Positions 19,704 through 32,423 of a stretch of 64,000 nt of DNA are shown here, piece by piece. The position numbers and the translations under genes were made by a program. Under the pieces are notes generated by a model that saw only the letters and a list, made by a program, of their open reading frames with translations, was not told the origin of the DNA and searched no databases. Source of the DNA: Phaeosaccion multiseriatum (taxonomy: Eukaryota > Protista > Ochrophyta, other classes); contig OZ218952.1 in NCBI GenBank assembly GCA_965112735.1, positions 3,286,001-3,350,000 of the forward strand. The letters are read 5' to 3'. Positions within the stretch are counted from its first letter, which is position 1; each line of letters opens with the position of its first letter.

Positions 19704-22700
19704 CTAGAGTCCCAGCCCCCCCTCCCCCTTCCCCACCCCGTCCTCTTCCTCCTGTCCCTCCTCCTCCTCCTCTTCTTCCTCCTCCCCCGCCCCCTCCCCG
19801 CCATTCCACGTGCCGCTGGCCATACTCACAAAGACGGGGTAGCCGCGGTGAAGGCGGAGGGCCCGCACGAGGGGATTGGCTTGGCGGTTTCTGTAACCGC
19901 CGTAACCGTCCGCGTAGAAGCGCTGTCCCTCTTGGGCCTCCCACGCCTTGAGCAAGCCGCGCAGGCCTTCCAATACAGTCTATGGGTAAGTCAACGAGTG
20001 GGTGACAGAGTGAACGTGGGGGATTGACTGTTTGGTCGATTGGTTCGTTGGTTCGTCCGGTCGTTGGTTGAGCGGGGGTGTGTGCAGCAGCATCACACAC
20101 TGCAGCAGATGGCAGCAGATGGCAGCACTCACTCATGGACTCACCTCCGCCACGGTCTCGTCATCGGTGGACTCCGCGAGACCGACGGCAAGGGCACGGG
20201 CCGCCTTGCTCTGATTGGGGTGAGTGAGATGGGCAAGTACATGCAATTGGGGGGGGGTGAGGGAGTTGGAAAGCCAACATGAGTGAGTCCTTATGCTTTG
20301 CCGACCCTTGGTCCCGCCCTGCCCCTCCATCCACTGCCATCCCTCCATCCCCATCCACTGCCATACTCACCGCATGCTCTGTGGGCGTGGGGCACTTCCC
20401 CTCCTGATAAAGCTCCTCCATCAACGCCTCACCCAGAGCAATGGCCTCGCCACCAGACAGACAGGCCGCTGGGATGCGGGGTGTCAGGGCAAGCAGGGCA
20501 TGGGGGGGGGGGGGGGCGGGTGTCAGGACATGCGGTGATGGAGCGCTGCGGACTCGAGCCTTCTACTTACCTGCCCCTGTGGCACCTGTATCACCAACTG
20601 CTGCGGCTGCTAGAGCAGGGTTCCCGGCCATGGAGGCGTGCCCGACAAAGCTCTCCAACGCCACCACCTTCAGGGCCCGCAGCAAACTTCTGCTCAGGAG
20701 GGAATGGGAGGGGGGGCATGCACGCACGCACGTATACACACACGCGCACACGCAGGCGGGTGAGTGTGAGTTGAGTGAGTGAGTGAGTGAGTGAGTGAGT
20801 GAGTGAGTGGTGCTTCGATGCATGTGGGTAGATAGATACCCAAGCGTGACCACCCCCCATCCCCATCCACTGCCATCCTCCCTCCCCACCCTCCCCCCCA
20901 CGCACCTCCTTGTTCGGGCCCGGTGTACGTCGAGCATGGCGGTTGCGGCCTTCCCAGAGCGGTTTGAGCCATTTCTGCCACCGTTTCTGCCGTTCGCCGG
21001 CCCGAAACCGCTCACTGAGGCCCCCAAAGCCATGGTGGTCGCCAGGATGCTGCCCATATGACTGCCCCTACGGCTACCCATATGCCTGCTCTTACGCCTG
21101 CTCTTGGCCTCCTCGCTCTCTCGACGGACGGCTTGCAGCGCCCGGAGGATGGGCAGGAGGAAGTCGTTACTCAGCAGCCGAGTCACGCCTTCAAGGGGAG
21201 GAGGGGGGAGAGGGGAGGGGAGGGCAGGGTAGGGGAGGGGACAGAGCAGCAGCAGTTGGTGACGGTGTAGGGTAGTGAAAGCATCCGTAGGATATAGGGG
21301 ATGGGGGAAAGGGTAAAAGGCGTAGGGCTTGGCGTGTGGGGTATAGCATATGGATACAAGGGTGAGTGGGGGTGAATTTGAGTTTCAAGTGTGCCGTACC
21401 TCCTGCTCCGCTCAGCGCCACGCGAAGCACTGTGGCCGCAGCTGCCGAAGTTCGCTCTGCACTGGGCAGAGCCGAGAACCGCGACGAAGGAGGAGGAGGA
21501 GGAAGGGGAAGGGGGAGGAGACTGCCGCCTCTGTCTCTTCCTCTTTCTCCTCCCCCTCTTGCTCCTTCTAGACTCCCTCTCCTTCCTGTGGCTTCTCCTC
21601 CTCCTCCTCCTCCTCCTCCTCCTCCTCCTACTCCTCCGCCTGCTCCTGCTCCTGCTGTTGTATCACCAACTGCGCTACCCCTGCCCACCGCCTCAATCAC
21701 TCCTCTCAACTCCCCTATAAAGTAGCGCTGCAGCAGCAAAGTCGCGAAGGCCCCCACCTCGTCATTCCACCTCCTCTCCCCCACGCGGATGGCACCAGAC
21801 GCCAGTGCATGAAGGCGATCGAAGCCCCCTAAGCCGCCCATCAACCCCCTCGAGGCCAGCACGCGCTCCACCACCGAGTTCACAGGTCCGGATACACGTC
21901 CTGACACCACCTGTCCTGCTCCAACGAGCACGTCGGCTGTCCTGACACCATTCCCTCGACGTCCACGCAGCCCCCCTGGGGTGGTCTCATGCCCCCCCGG
22001 GCTGGAGTCACTATCCTCACACCAGCTACTTCGGACGCCCGAGGCGAAGGCGAGGGGCCCGACCCCGTCCTTGCTGCCACTGTCCCCGCCCCCGCCCCCT
22101 TTTCCACCACCCCCTCGTCGTCGTCCTTCTCCTCCTCCTCCTCCTCCTCCTCCTCCGTGTGCTTCTCCTTCTGCTGCTGTCGCCTGTTCCTCAGCGACAA
22201 CAATGGAGCTTCTCCGAGGACGAACGGAGCCGCTGCCACCGTCTGTGCCTGGACATCCTCTTAATGCTTGGGTCACGTGGAGACCCACTTTCATGGCAGC
22301 GGAGGCCAGTGAGGAGCCGAAGCTCCGCCCTGCGGCAGTTGGTGATACAGCTTCACCACTATCATCAGCTTGTGATGCAGCACAACCATCACCAGCACCA
22401 GCACCCCCGGTAGCAGGATCAGGAGCAGCAGCTGCAGGCGCAGCAGGAGGAGGAGGAGCACCGCCCCCGGCCCGCTGTTGATGGGCTCCGCCCTCTTCTC
22501 CTTCTTTCCCTCCCTCCGCCCTACCACCCCCGTAGCTCCCAAAGCTGCTGACGCTGCCCAAGCTACTGCCGAAGCTTCCGCTGGTTCTGGTCCTGGTCCT
22601 GACCCTACCACTCATGCCCATATGACTGCAACTACCACTGCTTCCACCGCTGCTGCCGCTTCTCCTCCTCAACTGGCGACTGCTGCTGCAGTCATATGAG

Positions 22701-25700
22701 CCCCGGCTGTGGATGTCGAGTGCGCCCACCGCCAGCAGATTAGAGAGCACCTCCAGCACGCTGAGCATGTCCACAGCCACCTCACCCCCCTGGGGATGAT
22801 GCCCCCTCCCCCCGGGGTGGGCCGCCCGCCCCCCGGGGTAGCTGTGAGGGAACCCTCCTCCTCGGCCCGTTCCGTTGGTCCTGTCTGCTGCCCCTGCTGC
22901 TGCGGCGCCGAACACACCCGCCGTGGTGGGAACGCCATGTTGTCGTGGGCGCGGAGGGAGGGAGGGAGTGGGGGAAGTTAGGACGACGGGGGGTAGGAAT
23001 GGGAAGGGGGGGCTGCAGTCGAGCCGGAGTAGCAGGAGGGGGAGGGCGGTCGAACTGTAGTAACTGTAGTAACTGTAGGAACGGAAGGAACGGTAGGAAC
23101 TGGAGCGGGAGGGCGGTCCAACCGCTCTCAAGAGAAGCGGGGCACGCGCAGAGGGGAAAACGCCACCGCATCGGAATGAGTGCCGCCTTGCCGCCCGCAC
23201 CCCCCCTCCCCTTCCTCTCTCTCTCTCGCTTCTCTCTCTTTCTCTCTCATTCTCTCTCTCACACACACAATCTCTCTCCAGCTCTCTCTTTCTCCCTCTC
23301 TTCCCTCTCAGTCTCACTCACCTCCAAAGAGGATACCTCCTCCTCCCAAGGCCATCAATCGCCGAGCTGCCCTCAGTCCCCGCCAGCCTCCCGGGGAGGA
23401 AGAAGAGGGATCGCCGCCTCGATCGCTAGGCCCCCGTGTGTAGGGCGTAGACCTAAGAAGGCAAGGGAGAAGAGGATGGCAGTGGATGGGGGGAGGAAGG
23501 ATGGCAGCGGATGGGGAGAACGGAGGCTCAGGCAAAGCACAATTGGGGGGGGGGGGGGCGCTACAGAAGCTTCAAAGTACTCCGTCCCTCCGTCCCTCCC
23601 TCCCTCTCTCCCTCCCTCCCTCCCTCCCTCCCTCCCTCCCTCCCTCCCTCCCTCCCTCCCTCCCTCCCTCCCTCCCTCCCTCCCTCCCTCCCTCTCTCCC
23701 TCCCTCTCTCCCTCCACCCCTCTCTCTCTCCCTCCCTCTCTCCCTCCCTCTCTCTCTCTCCCTCCCTCTCTCCCTCCCTCTCTCCCTCCCTCTCTCCTTG
23801 CCTCTCTCCTTGCCTCTCTCCCTCTGTGTCACCTGCAGGGCTTGTGGTGTGTGTTTCTGGCGAGGCCTCCGTGCAGGAGAGAGAGAGTCGCCTCGAGGAC
23901 CTGCATGCCTCCCCACTCGTGCAGCAGCAGCTGGGCTGTCCACTTGTCCCGCCCTGCACCGTTCATACACCAGATGGTGATGCAGCAGATGGTGATGCCG
24001 CAGGTGGAGGAGGAGGCGGAGGAGGAGGAGGAGGAGGAGGAGGAGGAGGAGGAGGCGGAGGAGGAGGAGGAGAAGGAAGAGGAGGAAGAAGAGGAGGAAG
24101 AAGAGGGGGAGATGGGTGCATGAACAAACACAACCGCGCAAACCCACCCACACGCCCGCACGCACGCCCACACGCACGCACGCACTCACCCTCCCCATCG
24201 CCGCTGCTGGCCGCCTCCATTGTTCTCCCCCTGTCGGTAGGATGTGGCACGGCCGTCAGCAGCAGCGCTGCCTTCAGTGCAACCCTCCGCACATCCCTCC
24301 ACTCGCCCGAGTCCTCCATCCTCGCCCTCCGACGGCGGCGGCGGCGTTGACCGCCACGTCCAGTGCCATCGCCATAGCCAATACTATAGACGGAGGCTCT
24401 TCTTCTTCGCTTGCCTGTCCCTCCTGCTGGACGAGCATGAGCGGCCGTACCCACCCACTGCATCCCCCATCCCTCTCCTTGCTCATCTTTCACCGAGGTG
24501 CTAGGGCCCATTGTAGTGCTATCAAAGCTGCTGTGGCATCTACCTTTGCCCAAACCACCACCACCACCACCACCACCACCACCTCCTCCTCCTCCTCCTC
24601 CTCCTCCTCCTCCTCCTCCTCCTCCTCCTCCTCCTCCTCCTCCTCCTCCTCCTCCTCCTCCTCCTCCTCCTCCTCCTCCTCCTCCTCCTCCTCCTCCTCC
24701 TCCTCCTCCTCCTCCTCCTCCTCCTCCTCCTCCTCCTCCTCCTCCTCCTCCCTCTGTGTCACCAACTGACACTCTGCTGCCCCATCTGTACTTGCCTCTC
24801 CCAAACCAAGACCACCTGCCTGTCGCCTTCCCCGCTCTACCCTTGCTGCTGTGCTCTCCTCTCCCTCCTCCTCTTCCTGCTGCTTCTCCTCCTCCTGCTC
24901 CTCCTCCTTCTCCTTCAGGCCCCTCCTCCTCCCCCTCCTCCCCCTCCTCCCCCTCCTCCTCCTCCTCCTCCTCCTCCTCCTCCTCCTCCTCCTCTGTAGG
25001 GGGGCAGAGCAGCCTCGCGAGAGAGATAAGTGCACCACCCTGGAGGAGGGCGACTCGCTGAGCGTGAGTGCGGATCTTGGTCATCTGGGGGCATATCGAT
25101 CGGCACGCACAACCAGCCACGAGAGTAAGTCAGCAAAGCTTCGCAAGGTCAAGGGGTCAGCACTGCAGTACGTGAACGAATGTGTGGTAGGCGACGCCTC
25201 TCACTCGTACCTGAAGGAGACTCTCCAGTAAGTGCAGCAGCGTTTGCACGCTCTCATCTTCCCCCTTCCCCGCTTCCTCCCCCTCCTCCCATTCCTCTCC
25301 CTCCCCTTCCTCCTCTTCTCCACCAACTTCTCGTCCTCCTCCTCCTCCTCCTGCTGCTGAGCGTGTGTTGCTCGCTCCCCTCCCCCTCCCCCTCCCCCCC
25401 CCGTCCCCCCACTGCCGGAGCCTTTGCAGTAGTTCCGCCCCCCCCCCGCCAAAGTCCGCGCTGTCGCCGTCGGTCAAGAAGTCTCTCCCTATAACAGAGG
25501 CCCTAAGCTGTAACTGCCGAGCGTGCAGTAAGAGTTTCCGCTCTCTGGCTGCCTTGCTGGCTGTCGTCGACGCCCCTCCTCTCGGGAACCTCGTCCTTCC
25601 CCTGCCTCCCCTTCCTCCTCTGTGGCTGCGGTGGAGGGAGGACGAGAGTGCGTCTTCGGCTTGGTAGATGGCCACTGCTTGTGCCCTGATGGGGAGAGAG

Positions 25701-28700
25701 GATGGGATGGCGGCCATGAAGTAATATGAATCAGGGTTAAGCAGTGTTAATCAGTCCCAACAACGCAAGTGCAATAGCACTAGAAAACAACACTACGAAA
25801 CGCTTAACGACACAATAGCGTGACGCCACAAACGAAACACAACATTAGCATGACGTGGCACTCCGTACGGCTTACCTGCACCAATCCGCCTCCGCCCTCC
25901 CTTTGAGCTCCTCGTAGAGATCGTTGAGGAGAGAGACAAGGAGGTTCAACATCACCATCACCACTACAACCGTGAACAGCACCATCAGCAGGTAGCTGAA
26001 GGGGAGAGGAGGAAGAAGGGAGGGAGGAAAAGAGAGGGAGGGAGAGGAGGAGGGAGGGAGGGAGGGAGGGAGGGATCGGAAGGAGGGAGGGAGGGAGGGA
26101 GGGAGGGAGGGAGGGAGGGAGGGAGGGAGGGAGGGAGGGAGGGACGGGAGGGTGTCAGGACAGAAAGAATGAGCAAAAGTGAGGGCCGGGCAGTCGGGCG
26201 GCGACAAAATGCTGAGGAAGGGAGGGGAGGGAAGAGGCTGTTCCGTGGCTTTGTGGCTCTGTGGCTGGCGTGTCGACTTGGCACAGCACACACCCAGAGG
26301 AGCGACAATCGAATATCTACGCCATCTGTGAACCGTACCGCCATCCGTTGTACAGATTCTCGTCTCCGATATCGGAGAAATTGAACTCTCCCAGGGCCTC
26401 CGGATACTGAGAGGGACCGGGGGACAGAGGAGAGGGGACAGGCGAGAGGGGAGAAGATCGAGGGAGCAGGGACGACGTCAAGGGAAGGGGTGAGAGACAC
26501 AGCCGCGCAAGCCCGCCTGCCCGTATGCGTGTGCCCGCCTCTATGCCCGTATGCTTTTCCACATGCTGCCTCTATGCCTCTAGATGTCTCTATGCCTCTA
26601 GATGCCTCTTCCGGGACGGACCTGCGTGGCGAGGGAGGCGGCGATGCTCCTGTGTCCGGCCTCGAGCTGCGACAGCATCGAGTACCTGGTGTCAGGCAAG
26701 AGGTCCGTTGGTCCATGGGGTCGGCCAGTCAATTAGTCATTCAGTCAGTCAGGGCAGGCAGGCAGGCAGGCACACAGGCATATGGGCAGTTTGTTCGTCA
26801 AAGGAGATGCACAGCTCAGTACCAAGGAGAATTGGAGTGTGCGTGTGTATGTGTGTGTGTGCGTGCGCGTGCGTGCGTTAGTCCCCGCCCCCCTCGTTAC
26901 CTGGCGAGTGCCCAGGCCATATACAGCACGGTGAGGAGCGGCGCGAAGCTCTGCACGAGCTTGCCGAACATGAGGACGATCATCTTCACTAAGAGATACA
27001 GCGACTCGAACACGCACTGGAGGGGCTCCAGCAGCTGGAGAGGCGGGGGGAGGGTGGAGGGGCAGAAATGGGGTGGATGGCAGTGGATGCGTGGGTGGGT
27101 AAGACGGATGGGTGGTGGTGGGAGAGTGAGTGGGTGTGTGTGTGTGTGAGTGGGTGTGTGTGGGGTGGGGTGGGGTGGGGTGAATGTCTGGTATGCTTCC
27201 TCCCACTGAGCCACCCTCAAGGGCACCCTCGCATGTCTCTACCTAGCTATGTCCTCATGCAGGCCAGCGGCAGGGTGAGGGCCTCTAGCTGCTCCTGTCT
27301 GCCCGTATGCTTCTAACTACCCATGTGCCTCTAACCACATACCTTGATCCAGGCCAGCAGCAGCGTGAGTGACGTCACAACGCGTTCGGTCTGCTCCAAC
27401 TCCGCAAGGCGCCGCAGGTCCACATAGGTGTCTCGACCCCCCCCACCACCGCTCTCACTATAGTCATTGGCGTCAGGACTGTCACCCAGTCTGCTTAGGT
27501 CAAGGCTTCTCAGCTCAAGGGCCTGAAGCACGTTGAGCGCGACAAGGTACACATGGAGGGAGATGAGGATAAGGTCGAGCAGGTTGAAGAGGTTGAGCCA
27601 GTAGTAGGGCCCCAGTGTGCGCAGCTCTTGGCCCTCCTTGCAGAGGAGCATCATGACCAGAAAGAGGAGGGCGATGTCCGAGGCGCCTGCATGTGTAAGG
27701 GGGAGGAGGAGGAGGAGGGGGAGAAGTGGGAGGAGTGGGGCGAGAGGAGATGGGAGGGTGAGGAGGGTGAGGAGGGTGAGGAGGGTGAGGAGGGTAAGGA
27801 GGAGGAGGAGGAGGGGGAGAAGGAGGAGGAGGAGGAGGAGGAGGAGGAGGAGGAGGAGGAGGAGGAGGAGGAGGAGGAGGAGGAGGAGGAGGAGGAGGAG
27901 GAGGAGGAGGCTGATGGCGAGGGCAAGGAGGACGAGAACGAGCACTCACTCACTCACTCACCAGCGGCGGTGTCGGCCTCGTTCACGGCATCATCTCGGA
28001 AACCGAATCCCCTTACTGTTCCTTCGTGGAACACGTTGAAGGCGTTGAAGGTGGAGAAGCGCAGCGTGGAGACGGGGTGCGCCCCCGAGGGGAACTCCGT
28101 AAGTAAGCGTATGTAAGAGAACTTATGCATGGCAGGGCTGTACACCGACAGCTCCGCCATTACGGCTCGAGTGGCTCCGTCCAGCCAGGCCGAGTCCTTG
28201 AGGGAGGCGATTAAGGTTTCCGCGTCGGTCTGATTGATGGGGAGGTACTGCACGAAGGCTCCCTTGCCGTACACCCCTACCTTGCCCGTGCTACCCTGGA
28301 CGTGGGCAAGGGGAGAGAAGGTGAAAACCTCACTGTCCCTCCCACTGCTGCTGATGCCTCCACCGTAAGGCCTCGTGTCAGTGGACTTTGTTGTGCAAAC
28401 ATTTCCATCTGAGTGTGCGCAGTAGTTGTGGAAGCAGTAGTCGATCACGCCCTCCATCTCACCCCATACGGGGCAGCTGTCGTCCTGAGTCCTCCACGTG
28501 CTGAGCTTGACCCCACCGAGCACCAGCCCGGACCCAAGCACAAAGACCCTGTCATTCCGACGACGCCGCACCTCACCATCACCCTCACCCTCACCATCAC
28601 CATCACCATCAACACCCCCTTCTCCTTCGTCTCCTCCGTCGTACCACTCCGTATCCGCAGCGTTGCTGTTGCTGGCAAAGAGTAAGGTGGACAGAGGGCC

Positions 28701-30005
28701 CTCCACCCACTGCCACCATTCATTCACGCTGCGCACGTCTCGAAAGACGGGGTTGGGTTGGGGCGAGTCCGCCCACGGCTCCTGCACCAGTGCGTTGCGC
28801 AGAGACTGTGGAGGGAGGGGGGAGGGGATTGTAAGCTCTACGATAGGGGAAGGGAAGGTCGGAGAGAAACACTCAAACGCAACCCCCCTTACCACGAAAC
28901 GCAACCCCCCCCCCCCCTAACGTATCACGGCCGCACCTGCGTAAAGTAGAAGCCCTGCGGCTGGTTCTGTCCAGAGTTGTACACGGCTGAGAAGGTGAAC
29001 ACGAAGAGGTAGAGCGCGTACATGAGCAGCCATCGCACCGCTCGGGACCGACTCCCTCCGCTCACCCACTCCTCGCTCACAGCCTCCTGGATACGCGCAG
29101 AGGAGAAGGTCTTGCGGCTGGCCTGGGCGCGCTCCTTCCAATGGTGGTACTCAAGCATCCGCAGGGCATGGGCGTTATTGTTATGGTTGCTGTGGCTGCT
29201 GCTATGGTTGCTGTACCTGTCCTTGTCGGGCTCGCTGCTGCCATCTTCTGTGAGTCGGCTGCTCATGCGGCTGCTTTGACTGCTGCAGCACCACAGCCCG
29301 CCCCTCCTCCCCTGCCCCTTTCCCTGAGCAGCCATGGCGGGTCCGTCCACCCCCATACCCTTCCTCATTCTCATCAGACCCTCCCCTGAAAGGCGCTTCA
29401 CCCGCCCCAGGGCAACGAGGGGAAGCATGAGGAGCATCTGGGCTTTCTTCTGAATAGACAGTACCTGAGACGAGGGTGTCAGGACAGAGAGAAAGAGGGT
29501 GTCAGGACAGAGACAGAGTGTCACGGTAGAGGAGGAGAGTGAGTGTAGGGACAGAGACAGAGTGTCAGTGTAGAGGAGGAGAGTGAGCGTACCCTGACTG
29601 AGAGAGAGAGAAGCGAGTGTCAGGACAGCGATGGAGGGTGTCAGGGCAGAAAGACCTCCCCCTTGTGGGCCTGACACCCATCCTCTTATCCTCACACCCA
29701 ACCCCCCTCTGTCCTGACACGCACCTGGTACTGCAACGAGTCGCTGACGGCAGACAGTACCTCCCCCTTCTTGTCCTGGAAGTAGGCCCTGAAGTCCAGG
29801 GGCTTGGTGGCGAGCTTGTCGAGGTTGTGTAGGTCCGCCCCGTACCGCAGCAGGATCTGCACCACCTGTTGGTTGTTTTTGTTTTTGTTTTTGTGTTGTT
29901 GTGATTGTTTGTTCGTCGCATGTCAATGATCATGTCCAGTCTCGACACACCACGCACACACACACACACGGGCAACCCTCACACATACACACACACAAAT
30001 GTACG

Positions 30006-30077
<72 letters not shown>

Positions 30078-32389
30078 TACATACACACACCTCCTCCTCC
30101 CCCTCCTTGATGAGGTCCACGTCCTCCCTCTGGGAAGAGTCCCTCTGCGAGGAGTCACCGCTCCCCCCTCCCCTGCCATTCAGGCTGCGGCAGGCGCAGT
30201 GCAGAGCGGTTCTTCCGGCAGCGTCTTCGGCCGACACCAGAGCGGCCTCCTTGAGCAGGATGGACACAAGCTTCAGGTGCAAGTGCTGGGGCGTGGAGGG
30301 TGGGGAGGGAAAGTGAGGGACATAGACACACAGAGAGATAGCGAGAGAAGGGGGGATATGAGTAGCGTAGAGAGAGAGGAAGAGGGAGAGATGAGCATCA
30401 ACTATAGACAAGGGTGAGACACACGCACAGTGAGAGAGAAAGGAGCCAAGAACAGAGAGAGACGGAGGGACAGAGGGACAGAGAGACAGACCTCGCTGGC
30501 AACGTGCAGGGGCGTCTTTCTCTCGTTGTCCTTGGCCCCGATGTTGGCATTGTACTTGATGAGGGCCTTGACCACATCCACGTGTCCGTAACGGCAAGCG
30601 ATGTGCAGCGGGCTGTTGCCCATGGCGTCGCGGATGTTCACCTTAGGGAGGACGAGGGTGGTGGTGGGTCAGAGGAGTGGGCGGGGAAGTGAGTGAGCGA
30701 GTGAGTGGGTAAGTAAGTGAGTCAGTCAGTCAGTTAGTAACTGAAGTCAGTCAGTCAGTCAGTCAGTCAGTCAGTCAGTCAGTCAGTCAGTCAGTCAGTC
30801 AGTCAGTCAGTCAGTCAGTCAGTTAGTCAATCAGTCAGTCAGTCAGTCAGTCAGTCAGTCAGTCAGTCAGTCAGTCAGGTATTGGTCACTGAGTTCTGCC
30901 GTCAAGCCCACGCACCCTACCTGTGCCTTGGCCTGCACGAGACTCGTGACGATGGCAAGTCTCTCCTCCACGTCATCAACGGCGTAGTGCAGCGCGGCGC
31001 GGCCCTGAGAGTCCTTTACGTCAATGAAGCTCAAGCTCATGTTCAGGTTCAAGTTCAAGTTGCGCAGGGAGGACCCACCCCCACCGCCACCCCCACCCCC
31101 ACCTCCGCTCCCACCCCAACCACCACCACCCCCACCACCGCTGCTGTTACTGCCATTGCTGTTCTGCCCCCTCCGGAGTAGCTGCTGCGTGATGTCGTCA
31201 TACTTGTTGATCACTGCTGCGATGAGGGCGGTACGCTGCTCTCCGTCCACGAGCGTTACATCCACCCCAGCCCGCAGCAACCGCCCCACGAGCACCTGAT
31301 GGAAGCAAGGAAGGAAGGAAGGAAGGAAGGAAGGAACCAAGGTAATGAGTCGCGGGACTACTGTAGGGGTGACACTTCACTACACTACCATTCCCACCAC
31401 TACCATCCACACACTGCCATCCATCCACTGCCATCCATCCACTGCCACCCGTCCACTGCCACCTTTCCACTGCCATCCATCCACTTCCATCCATCCACTG
31501 TCATCCACCACTCAGTCCAAACCAACCACACCCTAAGGGCATATCCCAAGAGCACACATGCTACCAGCCCATAGGCCTCTAACCTCCCTGCTACCAACCC
31601 ATAGGCCTCTAACCTCCCAGCCTATATGCCCACATATACCTTATCGTTGTCGACGACTGCCCGTATGAGGGCAGTGCGTCCGTCCCTGTGATCCTGGCGA
31701 TTGGTGATGTCCACCACGTGCAGCACGTGGATGTGCGACATGCCCACCTGTGAACGTCAATGTCAATGCATGGTTAAGTCAATGAATGGTTAAGTCAATG
31801 CATGGTTAGGAAAGTCCCTGCAAACATCTGTCGACAAGGAAGGGAAGGCTGAACTTGACAGACTCACGGACTGACTCACGGACTGACTCACGGACTCGTG
31901 AGCGAACATGATCATACATGACCTTCTACCCTACACACCTCCTCGTCCCCACACACACACGCACACACACACACGCACAGACACCACTCCCACACATGTT
32001 GCCGTCCCTCGTCCCTAGTCAAGTTCGTAGTCCAAGTCGACTTACTACACACCCACCTACCCACCTCATCGCAAATCACCCCCAGGGTGGTGGAGATGTA
32101 GCCGGGCGGATCCGGTCTCTCTCTCGACTCCAGACTCGAGCTCAGCTCCAGAGTCACCTTGCGGCACATGCGGGGAGCGGGAGCCGGGTCGGCACCTGCA
32201 GTATCACCTGCTGCTGCTGCTGCTGCTGCTGCTGCAGCGGTTGATGCTGTATCACCAACTGCCGAGGAGGAGGGGGAGGAAGTGCCACCGCTGCGCATGC
32301 CAGCGAAGGACACACCTCCTCGGCCTCCTCCCTTCAGTGGCAGAGCGGATCTTCCTGCCGCTGAAGTCGGAGAAGAAGGAGAAGCCATG

Positions 32390-32423
<34 letters not shown>

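Noticed and set aside
27331-27945. Long poly-Leu 'signal/TM' at the start of the 204-aa ORF
   Set aside because: An intronic (CCT)n tract; the real exon starts at ~27685.
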